From NCBI GenBank assembly GCA_040285825.1, contig JAUPSS010000003.1:2666001-2730000 (forward strand): 64,000 nt of DNA, in the 5' to 3' direction. Both the position numbers and the translations under genes were made by a program. The stretch is from Eukaryota sp. TZLM1-RC. Taxonomy: Eukaryota; Protista; Metamonada: BaSk clade. The notes under the pieces are model-generated. The model had not been told where the DNA came from. It worked only from the letters and a program-made list of their open reading frames with translations, and ran no database searches. This document shows positions 24,760 through 36,634 of this stretch, piece by piece. Within the stretch, counting starts at the first letter, position 1. Each line of letters opens with the position of its first letter.

Positions 24760-25190
24760 ATGAAAAACGCTCTCAGCATCATCAACAGATTAGTCTACGA
24801 TACTTCTTTGTCTAAAGAACGTTTCTTTGTTGGTTTTGATGATAGATTTGGCGGTGTATTCTTCCTCCCTCTTCACGATTTTCTTGCCTTATCTGTACCA
24901 TCTCACAGAATTCGCTACATATCTAAAGGAAACTCAATTCTCTGGTCTCGCACAAAACGAATCAACCTTATTGGCTCTGTTGCACCTTCTGTTTCTTTAT
25001 TCTCATCTCCAACACCTGGTGTTCTCTCCCGATATTTTCCTCCTCATGCTACTGGTAGAAAGAATTTCCAGTTACCCTTCTTCTCTAACATTGTTTCTTG
25101 TAGTGTAGGTGTTCATCATACATTGGCACTCACTGCTTGTGGTAATTGCTATGGATTTGGTCTGAACAAATCTACCAATTAGGCAACAAC
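24760..25190 (+). CDS. MJ1316 (RNA cyclic-end recognition) domain fused to an RCC1 repeat; apparently frameshifted or truncated
   Basis: IINRLVYD..FFVGFDDRFGG..VPSHRIRYI..ILWSR, then VSCSVGVHHTLAL..GNCYGFGLN with QLG in a shifted frame. Confidence 0.7.
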
Positions 25191-25624
25191 TGCCCCCAAC
25201 GCAGCACTTTCAAACCGTTTTCCTAAGATTTTTTTAGAAATTCAATCAATTTATCTATCCTAAATGAACCCTGGAGAAAACCAACAAAGAAACAAGAAAG
25301 TACACGCTTGTACTTGCTTCAATTGTGATGTATCCGGGACAATTCCACAGAAATGATATTATCAATAATGATTGAAGTTTGTTAACAATAATTGAGTTCT
25401 GCGAAACAGTGAAAAGATTTCTGTATGTATGTTATCATGAAGCTTCAGTTGTTTTGATGAACACACAACCATCCTTTTATGAACAGCAATTATAAATCCT
25501 CTATTAATGAGAAAAACATTAAAACAGCCAACAAAAGATTCACATATTTACACTGTTGTGACAGCATGTCAATGCTAAAACATTAAAATCAAATAATTAA
25601 GCCAATAAATAGTTATTTATTTTC

Positions 25625-27250
25625 TACGAAGAATCAAATAAAAACAAAACAAACTAAAACACATAAGAAACTAAATTCTCCACGCCAACTCTTGATGAAT
25701 CCTTATAAAGTTTGGACATCATTAAACTCAAGTACTTGGGAACACTTCTGTACAAAGCGAAAATGATACGATTTTTCCATAAATTCTCTGCAAAATTCTT
25801 ACCACTTGAACGACAAAAATTACCAAAATCATTGATGAAATTCAAGGCGGATTGTCCAATGTTGCCAAAAATCGAAAAGGCAAAAGGAACAAACGAAAAC
25901 TTCGAATAAAGGTTCTTATTTAAATCATTTAATAACTCAGTATATTTATCTCTCTTACGATCTTCAGCCTTGTTTAAATGACCATTAGTACTAAGTAAAA
26001 CATCATCACGATAAACAAAAGCAAAGGGATCAACTGTAGTGAAATCAACAACAACTTGAGAGGAATCCACAAAAGGAGCAATTAAATCACCTCGACGTGA
26101 ATTAAACAGATTATCATCACTATAATGCTTCAACAAAGGTTCTACTTTGCAACTAAAATTGTAACACTTGAACATCTCATATGTCACATCACGAACGGCT
26201 TTATGAAGAACTGACCTATATTGGAGAAATTTCTTACAGCTCACAATATGACGGAAATTGGCAGTAGGTTTTTTGTTACAAATACAATAAGAATTGTCCA
26301 AAAGACCACTTGGATACATTCCTAATCTCAACCGCATGTTTTGTTTCCAAGCTTCATTTGTTAAGTGAAGACCAAATGGCCTTGGTTGCTGAGATATTAA
26401 ACTAGTACAGTTCTGGATGTCTGATAAAAAGGCAGCAAAGACGGGATTATTAATCTTAGTCACACTAAGTCGTTTAGAAAAATCCAGGTCTTCAAAACCA
26501 ATAAGAACAGACTTCTGTAATTTCACAACAGCAAGATGAAGATTGGTGAAAGATCTCGAAGGCACAGCAGGCAAACTTGAAGGAAAACTCCTATTCCAAA
26601 CATCAACAGGTAGTTCTTGCACCATTTTGTCAAGAGAAATTAATAAAGGATGTGATTCATTCAAAGGAATATGATCAAAACGAAGTTTCCATTCAAAAGA
26701 AAATTTTCATACCACCAATAAAAGCACTTTTGCATAAATACTCTGCTTTTGAAAACCAACTCCACCAAATTTAGGACTAAAAAAATGCATGATAAGGAAT
26801 TTTAGATGGACAAACTTCTACTAAATTTCCTAAGAAATTTGTTCTCAAAGTATTGAATTGACGTGCAAAATCATGAGAAATTGTGGGAGATAAAGAACGA
26901 AGAAGATGATTAATTTTCGATCCAAAACACACATTTAGGACCGAAAACGCTAAATGTTTGTCAATTTCTAGATCTTGAATAACCAAAAGTTGCTCTTCGA
27001 TTTTTTCCAAAATACCTGACAAAATCGATTTAACTTTTTCACTATTTCCAAAATAAGATCCAAGAAACCGAATAGCAACTTCCTCGTAATCAACGTATTT
27101 GATAAAAGTTTCATTAAATGCCATCTCCGCAATCAATGTTCAATAAATAATTTTCGCCTTTTTGATTGAAAAGTAAATCTGTACAAACGCAGCACATGTT
27201 GTGCCATCGGGAATTCCGATAGCAAACTGATAAGGACTAAGGAATAATTA
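25625..27250 (-). mobile_element. RLE non-LTR element family B, frameshifted and internally deleted
   Basis: Near-identical to 16170-17522; an RT fragment (PYQFAIGIPDG) lies near 27200. Confidence 0.9.
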
Positions 27251-27494
27251 AGCCATATTTATTTCTATGTTGCCTAAAGTCTATTGTAGTAAAGAAAAGT
27301 CTGATTTATTTTCTATTCATATTATATAAGCCTTAGGGCGCCAACACTGCTTCTTCCCTTTTTCAAAATAAATCAGCTTATATGAATATGAAATAAAAAC
27401 TATATACAATTAACAAAACAACTATAATAAATACATATAATCGATATAATATAAATAATATAATATAATATAAATAATCGATATAAACTAAGAA

Positions 27495-30400
27495 TTAGCT
27501 CCTCTTCCTAATTCTATTAGTGCGTCTAGGCTTCTTAGAAGGCGTAGACTCATTGGAGGTACCTTGTCGTCGACTAATGGTACGTTTTCCAATTTTCTTG
27601 TTATCCTTACTAAATAACTTATAAGCTTCTGAGTGTCTAACCGAATGGAGTGGCTCTTCTGTTGTCTCACCGCCAAACCACTGAACAGTACAGAAACTAC
27701 CTGAATCAGAGTGGTATTCTGAGAGGATTTTCTCTATAACGTGTTTTTCGGAATCGCCCGCAGCGACTGCCTTGAGGAATTCAATGTCCTGTGGATTTTC
27801 TGCGTTATAGATTTTGCAATCTTTCTTGGCAGCTTTTAATTCTGAGCCAGTAGTAAGATTCTTCAATAATAAAGTGGATTTGGAAGGAAGGTCAATAACT
27901 AAAAATGGTCCATTCCAAGATCCATGCAATATATTATTTTGCTTGGTTTTACGTAAGACGTAGTCACCAATATTAAATACTATAAAACACGAATTAGTAT
28001 TATCTACTGAAGACGGAGTATTTAATGTTTGGTGACGCTCTGCTTCTTCCCTTTTTTCTTGTAGACGAGTGTTTTTCATTTTGATGTCATCTAATAAAGG
28101 GATATTAGTTTCAAATTTGGATAAATTTCCTAATATATTAGCAGGGTCTGTTCTTGGACTAATCGAAGAACCGAACATGAGTTCGTATGGGGTAAAACCA
28201 GTTTTTCTGCTTTTTAGTAGAATTTATTAATAGTTGGGATATAGGTACGTATGTAGACCAATTTCCGTAATCATTGAAATCTATTAATAGTTTCCTTAAG
28301 CATTGAAGAACGTCTCTATGTTTACGTTCTACAAGTCCATTACTTTCTGAATAGTGGGGAATTGAGTTACTCATCTCAATCGCTAATCTGTTACACACTA
28401 TTTTGAAAGTCTCATTGGCGAACTCAGGTCCATTATCACTATGAATTAACATAGGTATGCCAAAGATAGCGCAAACATTCCAAATCAAGGCATCTGCGGT
28501 TTCTAAGGCATTGAGTTCTTTTAGAGGGACTAAAATTGTATATCCAGTAAAAGAGTCTACAAATACTAATAGATATTTATTTCCTTCGTTGTCAGAATTT
28601 AGGGGTCCAATTGTATCGACATTTAATCTGGCAAAAGGACGATCTGCCCATAAAGATCCTGTGGAAGGTGTTTTTGATCTTTTAACTGGAGCCGTTTTTT
28701 GACAAGTTGGGCATCTTTTGACATGATTAATAAGGTCCTTTCTCATATTGGGCCAGTAGAAATCACTTTTGGACAGTTTGTGTAAACTATCGTTTTTGCT
28801 GGGGTGACCAGATTGAACCAAACCATGTATTAATAATAGTGCCTGTTTTCTGAGGCTCTTTGGAATCAAAATTTTGTTTTTATTATTTTTCCAAATTTGA
28901 GTGTTTACATCTAGAATTGCGTTATCAAATAAAGAGTCGTTGTTGTTTTTGGCTATTTGTTGTTCAGATCTTATCTTAGACAGCCAAGAAGAAAAAATAG
29001 GTAGGTCTTGGTGTCTACTTAGAGATGAGATTGAAGGGATGTCTTCAAGATCCGAATCAGAATCATCGTCTAGTGGAGGTATCTCGTAATTTGAAAGTAA
29101 AGTGTCTGGTATATTTATACTACAAATAGAAGGAGTTTCCTCGTTTTGATCCAAATCAATATTCCTCGATAACATATCTGCCCAATGGTTGTCTTCACCA
29201 GGTTCGTGGACTATGTCAAAGTCGAATTCAGATAGTATCGGCAGCCATCTCTTTACAATTCTATTTTTCTCTGGGGCTGTAGCCAGGAATGCAATGTTTT
29301 TATGATCTGTGAAAATTGTTAAATGTCTAGTCAACAAGTAGCTTTCTAAACAACTTTCAGTTAAAAATCAGAAGTATTGCGTATAATTCTTTTTGTAAGG
29401 TGGACCATTTTCTTTGTGTTTCTGTAAGTAATCTACTATAGAATGACAAAGGTTTCACTTTCCTTTTTATTTAGCGGGGTTCCTGCAGGAGAGTATGGTT
29501 CAATTTCTTGCCAAATAACACCTCCTACTGCTACATCTGATGCGTCAGTACTTATTAATACGCGCTTGCCCGGAGCTGGTAATTCAAGGGGCATGTGGTT
29601 TACTATTAGGTCTTTTATTTGTTTTTAAGTAATCGTCATGCTTGCAAGTCCATTTAATTATTCTGGGTTTTCCTTTAATTAGCTCGTTAATTGGAGCAAT
29701 TAATTCAGAAATACCTGGAAGCCAATCTCTAATATAATTGATGGATCCAACCAATGAGCGAACTTCTTTCACTGTTTTTGGTCTAGGGATTCTCATCAAG
29801 GCTTCGATTTTTTTCTTACTTATAAATCTAGTTTTTATCCTGGAAGGTACTTCCTAAAATGTCGATAGGGTGTTTTGATGTTACGAATTTACATTTACGT
29901 AAGCCTATATTTACACGTCTATTTCTGGCGCATTGGAGGACTCTTTGTAATCTCTTATAGAATTCTTCGAAAGTCGTTCCAACTATTATGATATCATCAA
30001 TATATATAAAAACGCCATCAATTTGGAATATTTCCATCATTACATTTTGGAAAACTGCTGGGATGTTCTTTAATCCGAAGCAAGCTCTTTTAAACATAAT
30101 TGATCTTCCAGGGATTGAGATTGATGTTTTCTCAATATCCTTCTCAGCAACATTCATCTGCCAGAAAGCTTTTGGTAAATCAAGCGTGGCGATGTAATTT
30201 GCTCTACTCAAAAATTCTAATATATCACTAATCCTAGGTAGATTAGGCTCTACTGAAATCGTATGGGCATTAACTCCATCTTTACCACTAAAGTCTCCAG
30301 TTAACCTGGGTTTTTTGCCGTCAGGGTATATAACTAAGACAATAGGAGAGCTGAATTTATAATTAGATTCAACTGCATAGCCCATTTCGATCAGTTCATC

Positions 30401-31270
30401 AAATATTTTGTTTGCTATTTCCATTTTGCTGGGATTTAACCGTCTAGCAGGTTTATGTACTATAGCATTCTCATCTCTAAAGGGGATTGTTAGAGGATTA
30501 CAATCGATTCCTTTTCTATTAGGAGTTTCACTAAAATTATCGCTGAATAATTTTAGTAGACTCGTTAATTTTAATTTATTATTACTATCATCTAAATTTA
30601 TCTCACATCCAGATCTTGCTAATTGCTCCTCAAAATCAGAAGGACTTGGTGATTGGTTATCTAAGTTCCCAATCGAATGTTGAGCGATCCTAGAGTCGAA
30701 TTCTGATTCTGCATTTAGCAAAGTGCGGTGTTCTTTGTCTAATCTAATGAAAAGACCATCATCCGTCTGAAGCCCAAGTGCTTTTAACATGTCTGTCCCT
30801 ATTAATAATTTGTTCGAACCCGGGATTATGGGAAGAGTATGTTTATAGTGAACTTGTTGCGCAATGCTTCCTACGTTGAACGACAGAATACCAGTTGCAC
30901 TCCCTAGCGATTTTGTGGATACGTTATTAGCTGGTAAGAACTTAATAGTATCCTTGCTATTGATTGACATATGGCATTGTTCAGCTAAATCTGCAGTAAT
31001 AACTGAACAAAACGCAGCCGAATCTATAGTCGCAATCATTTTAATATCATTTATTGATATCTCCAGTCTTAGAAATGGAGAACGCTGGGACCTGACGTGG
31101 TTTTCACTAACCGTAGAATTAATATCAAAAATGCTATTGATATCAGAGCTGGTTTGGTGAATTTGTAGAGGAATTAAAAGATTTTGTTGAGCTGTTGGAA
31201 AGTTGTTGACTGGGTTTCCTAAATCGGTTGTTGATTGGTTGTGATTGATTGCGTTGATATGTACCCGATT
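27495..31270 (-). CDS. pol (PR-RT-RNaseH-IN-chromodomain), split by several frameshifts
   Basis: LDLPKAFWQ, FGLKN, YIDD, TDASD, FTDHKN, CPTCQ, VDTIGP, SDNGPEF, NGLVER, VIEKIL..VQWFG. Confidence 0.9.
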
Positions 31271-34200
31271 AGGAAAGTTGCCTGTCCTGCTGTTCCGGTT
31301 GCTGTTGTTGATCCGTCTGTGAGGAACCGTACTCGAACGGGTCGGTTTTTGACTCAGTAGGGGATGCGTTTGATGATATGTCCTCTGTTGTGTTTATGTT
31401 ATGTATAGGTCTGTACTGACCTCTTCCTTTATGACCTCTATAACGGCCTCCACGGCCTCTAAATTTGAATCTATGTACACGTCTACCACGGCCACCTCGG
31501 CCCCTTTCTACACTGCCTCTACTAGCAGGCGCCTCCTGTTCTCCTAATCTGAATCTTTCTTCTTTGGGAACTCTGCTTCTAGCACAACGAGGATCTTTGC
31601 ATTCGAATACAGTGTGGCCAACAGGATTGTTACCTTCGACGTTGCTGCAGAATGTACAGAATTTTGACCCTTCTCGTTCATGCTTTTCAGGGATGTATTT
31701 GTGTTGAGGGGTTCCTCTTGACTTTCCACCTGATCGTCTTGCTCGTTTTGTTGGAGCCTGGGCTGATGGTGTTACTCCTCTTGAGTAAGTTCTCATTGCC
31801 GTGAGTCCCAAAGGAATATCTTCTTCGTTAGCCCTGTTCCTTAGTACATCCATTGTGGGCTTGTTTCCTGCTGTGTAACACCAAGCGAGGAAATGTCTTC
31901 TCGTTGTCGATATCAAATCGAGTAGAGTTGTTTTGTTCGGTGAGTCCCACAAGGATTCCCTAGTCCATACTGGGAGGAGTTCGCTTGATATAGCAAAGTT
32001 ATCCAGACCCATAAGGAAGTACTCGGCTATTAGAGCGGGAGATATGGTTATCAACCCACTGCTTCCTCTAATTAAATCGGGGATGGTTAGGTCGGTCATG
32101 TAGGTGGTCATTCTCAAGACGTCTCCAAAATCTTCTACATAACGACCAAACTCGTTGTCAGCCTCATGCCTATTGTGGATTTTCCTCCAATTTATTCTAG
32201 GCTTCATTAGAGCTGTACAAGCCTCATGATATGATGTGAATTGCGTTCTTTTTAACAGAAATACCATGACGTCGGCGTCGGTATAATCAACACCGAGTAA
32301 ACCTTGACTCTGCCATCTAGATAGAAGGCTAGGGTCGATCATGCTGGATATTCCTGTGGGGCAAGTGCTCATCATCATGCTCCTAAATAAATCATAATGG
32401 TGGATTGGGGGTCCGAGCTTATCTGTTATAGCTGGATCAATCCTTACCAAAGGCTGTGTTGTATCCCTGGTGATCTCGTCGCGTATATGTTTGGGGAGAT
32501 CTTTAATCCTATCTTGGGTTATTTCTGCTTGGCCTTCTCCAAATAGCTGGGTAGCTATCATAAAGGCTCTGGTCCAATCTGATTGACCTGGGGCTTCGAA
32601 GCTTCTATTAGCTATCTTTCGCCCGTATTTATCCCAAGTTTGATATTTTAAAAGAAAAGCTATGATAGACATTTTGTTAATAGGGTCATCAGCGGATAAT
32701 CGAGGTCTTTTTATAGTCGATATCCTTAGACCGTGGATCAATCTGTCTATGAAGGCTACTAGCTATGCTCATGTCAATAGCTCTTCTTGAGGATTGTAGG
32801 TCCTCAATACGCATAGGTCTATCGGAAGAAGAGTCTCTTACTGAGGGTTGAGGAGGAGCCGTTTCTCCAACGACTGGCCCGTTCAACTCAATGTCTTCTC
32901 CAATTTCACTTTCCATGGGTTGACAGGAAGTTGGTTCTTCCTGAGGTGCAACGTCTTGTCTTGTTACAGGTTCCGGGTCGTTCACTGTTGGAACATGATC
33001 GGGTATGCTGTCGATAGAGCAGACCTGTATTGGTTGGCTTTTTCAGAAATTATAGGGGCTACAACAGGCAGTTTGGGAAGGTGGAGAGATGTGGATGGAT
33101 CTCCCGTTACCCATTGTCTAAACTCTCGTTGTTTTGTGAACGAGTTACCATGTTGTTGGGTGTAGTTGTTAGGACGGCTCCTATACGTGGATACAGCTGA
33201 TCGTTCCGTATGAATGTTATTTAGAGCGTCTGCATCAAACCAGGGGGTTACTGGTTCAAGCTTGTCTTGTTCACTACTATCCTCCTGCTCCATAAATTCC
33301 CTAAAATATGTGGGAGCACCCTCTGTCAGCTCCGTGTAATTATGGATTTCCGTATCAAAGTTAGGATCAAACCAGGCAGGCAATTTGGATTGTAGGATGT
33401 CTTCCGAGTCGGTCCTACTTCTCTGTTCGATGGAGAGAAACCTTATTCTCCTGCCGTATTGATCTAGGAAGGAGGCCTTCCAATCCAATCTATCTTTGAT
33501 GGGAAGAGACATCAATTCATTGATTCTCTTGTCCATTCCAGAGATTCTGGGGCGGCGTTCTGCGTTACGCCCGAATGTCTCTCTACTCAATTTATCGAGT
33601 GCCTTTATGAGTTCATTCCTTTCATTGAGGGGAATTTCCAATACCTTTTGGGTATCCCCAATCATTCCGAGGGTCTGAAAACCAACGTTTCTGCCTCTTT
33701 TTTGAACGTAACTCCATAAAGGGGGAAGTTGCTCGAACAGACAGAAATCTGTTGGTTCGAGGTAAGCCTCCGCGTCCTCTCTTAATAACTTGTAGAACCC
33801 CTCAGAAGAGTCGTCTTCTCCCTCCATTTCATCTAGTTGAGATTGAATTTCTTCATATTCTCCTAATGGGGAAGACGTGTCTAAGGTGGGATCTCCATCC
33901 GTTCCCTTTGAGACAGGTTCTAGAATTGGGAGGGGAGAGGGAGCCAGGTCCGTTCTCGTTGCCTCTTCCATTGCTTTGAGGGGAGAGGGAGCCGGGTCCG
34001 TTCTCGTAACCTCATCTGTTTCTTTTTTCCTGAGGGGAGAGGGAGCCGGGTCCGTTCTCGTTGCCTCATCTGTTTCTTTTTTTCCTGAGGGAGAGGGAGC
34101 CAGGTCCGTTCTCGTAACCTCATCTGTTTCTTTTTTCCTGAGGGGAGAGGGAGCCGGGTCCGTTCTCGTAACCTCATCTGTTTCTTTTTTCCTGAGGGGA

Positions 34201-34415
34201 GAGGGAGCCGGGTCCGTTCTCGTTACCTCTTCTGTTGTTGAAGATGGAGGAACCTCGTCCACTCTTTCATCTTCTTCTACATTAAGGGAGGGGGAGGTGG
34301 GATCCGGGTCCGTTGCCTCGTTGCCCTCTATATCATGTGTATGTGACGCTGGTACCTGCTGCATATTAAGTGGTGGATTAGAGTCAGAGATATCTGGTTG
34401 GGAGATGTCTGACAT
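31269..34415 (-). CDS. Long gag-like ORF (~1050 codons, two frameshifts) with N-terminal 18-aa repeats and a CX2CX10HX4C knuckle
   Basis: ORFs of 477, 98 and 490 aa overlap in series; CTFCSNVEGNNPVGHTVFEC; RGG-rich tail. Confidence 0.75.
33930..34230. repeat. 54-bp coding tandem repeat (EVTRTDPAPSPLRKKETD), ~5.5 copies
   Basis: Direct reading. Confidence 0.9.
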
Positions 34416-34659
34416 GCTGTAAAGTGTCTGAAGATGTTCGCTAATGCTGAAGTTATGGTATACCTTTTGACTTTAAAATGGCCAATAATTATTGTTGCCT
34501 AAAGTCTATTGTAGTAAAGAAAAGTCTGATTTATTTTCTATTCATATTATATAAGCCTTAGGGCGCCAACATCTATGCAATACAAATCCAACTATCCTTG
34601 TTGTTGAGCTTTCATTGACAAGCTTCTTCCTAAAGTTAACAGAATGATCATAGGGTAAC

Positions 34660-34888
34660 AAACCAGCAGCTATAATTTCATCACACAACAATAATTGAGA
34701 AGAAATAACAGCAGATGAACGAATCATATTTCTTAAAACACAATAGTTGTCCCAAATTCCAAGTTCCTTTGGATCACAGGCTTCTCCAGAAAAGACATCT
34801 AAACCAACAATGCCACCCTCTTCGGCTTCTTCTTGCAAGTTGATAATAGTCTCTTCAGCATCAAGACCAGAGTTTTGAGCAAGTGTTT
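34660..34888 (-). pseudogene. C-terminal fragment of CCT/TRiC chaperonin (zeta-like)
   Basis: TLAQNSGLDA...VGLDVFSGE..DP..LGIWDNYCV...SQLLLCDEIIAAG; no upstream coding sequence. Confidence 0.8.
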
Positions 34889-35669
34889 ATCTCAATAGGT
34901 GAGAAACACAAAAAAGGGATTAGGGAGGGATTAGGGAGGGAAGGGAAAAAAAGGGATTTGTATTCAACCTAAAATTCAATCACTTGTAAAATAAATTCAA
35001 TCGTTTATTCTCCCTTCTCTTCACCTGTACAATGATATTTTGCATTATTACTTCATGACAGAAGGGATAGACCAGAAGCGGCTTTCATAGGGTAAAACAC
35101 TTTCTCATCTAGGTGATGTTTAAGTACCAGTCTCTTCTACACCACTATCACAACAACCATGTATTTCCAGAACTTAGGTGCTGACACAAGTTGTTCGTTA
35201 TACCTACTAAGTTTATCCTTCTATCGTGTTCCAGTGTCGTATCTTGTTTCAATGCGGTTCAATAGAAGTACTATGTACAAGGCGTCGGCAGCATCTGGTG
35301 CTGTCGTACTTGGATCTGTTTTGTTTATGAATAGACAAAGAGTAATCCATTCATCAAAACACGCTGTATCCAAAATAGCTTCTAGACGTAGGAAAACTTC
35401 CGAACTACCATTAATAATGGGTGAAGGTATCTGATCAGTATTTTATAAGTGAATAATGCCACATTCAATTTGATCACTTAACTGCTGTAAACACATAATA
35501 AAATTCACTTTCATGGATTCACTGCTACACCAGAAGACAAGAACTCAAAGACTTTTAACAATTATGTATAGAGTCAAACAAACTGGGACATATTGAATCA
35601 AGAAAGTTCAGAAGCATATAAAGCATACCTTTAAATGTCAATTTTTTAAAAAATATTTATTTATTGGAG

Positions 35670-36478
35670 AACTTATAAATCAACATCTAAATAATCCATC
35701 TCTCCCAAAACAAAACAACTAGATGCAACTCTCTCGTAGTGAGATCCAAGAGAAAGGAAAGCATCAGAAACCATCTTCAACATCCTCTTGACAACAAAAA
35801 AATTCTATTTTGCCAAAACAATCAGTTGAAATTTCTGTTACTTCTCCTCTTTACAATCATTTCAAAATCTGCCAAAATGCGTATAGCCGTGGGAGCAAGT
35901 GAACTATATAGAGAACATACAAATGGATACAAATTGTATTTTACATGCCGTTGACAATGCTGGACAATTTGGACAAAGATTGATTGTACTTTCTGATTTT
36001 GAAAATTTCAGCATTTGAATGAGGATTATGAATTTTAGAATTAGCAAGCTTTTCATTTGAGGCATAACAAGGATCATCAGACAATACATCCAATAAAATG
36101 AAGTTTCCATCTAATCTAGGTAATATGACATCACCTCTATTGTTCTTATGAAAATCATCAGTATCAAACAGATTTGACAACAGAGGTTCCAAAAAGGATT
36201 CAATTCTATGAGACTTACACATACAATATAACTGGTCTCTTACAGCATCGTGAACTCTACTTCTAAAAGTAATAAAATGTTTACAATTTAACAAATGAGT
36301 AATGGTAATTTTTTGAGAGCATTTATTTATTCAATTATGCGATAAATTATCAGGCCAGATCAAGAAACGAAATCTCATATTCAAAGTGCGGACAGAATCA
36401 GTTAAGAGAGAGCCATACACTTGAGGAATTGTTACTAAGGCAGAAGAAGTACTATCACACATATCTTGTAAAAGAATT
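35670..36478 (-). mobile_element. Degenerate 3' fragment of non-LTR family C
   Basis: High identity to 39085-39900. Confidence 0.88.
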
Positions 36479-36634
36479 CCAGCAGTAGCTGCTGGCATTC
36501 CGGAATTCCACCTAGAATTCTGAGAACATTATGTTTGTCTGTAATCGACTCCATAAGGTATTGGTTTATTGTTTGAAACAAATTGTCACATTTGTATACT
36601 TTTGTGCTTAAACTTATTAGATTTGGGGTCCCAG

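Larger units (their letters stand above)
27268..34571 (-). mobile_element. Full-length Ty3/gypsy chromodomain LTR retrotransposon
   Basis: Identical 79-bp LTRs (27268-27346, 34493-34571; TGTTG...CAACA), 4-bp TSD TCTA and PPT GAAAAAGGGAAGAAGCAG. Order is gag, PR (IDSAA), RT (YIDD), RH, IN (HHCC, D-D-E), chromodomain. Confidence 0.96.

Noticed and set aside
33930-34230. Repeat array as a possible CRISPR (likewise 60065-60515)
   Set aside because: Contiguous tandem units without unique spacers, in frame within ORFs.
34560-34571. TGGCGCCC (tRNA-Lys PBS-like) at the LTR start
   Set aside because: Lies inside the LTR terminus and is only an 8-nt match.
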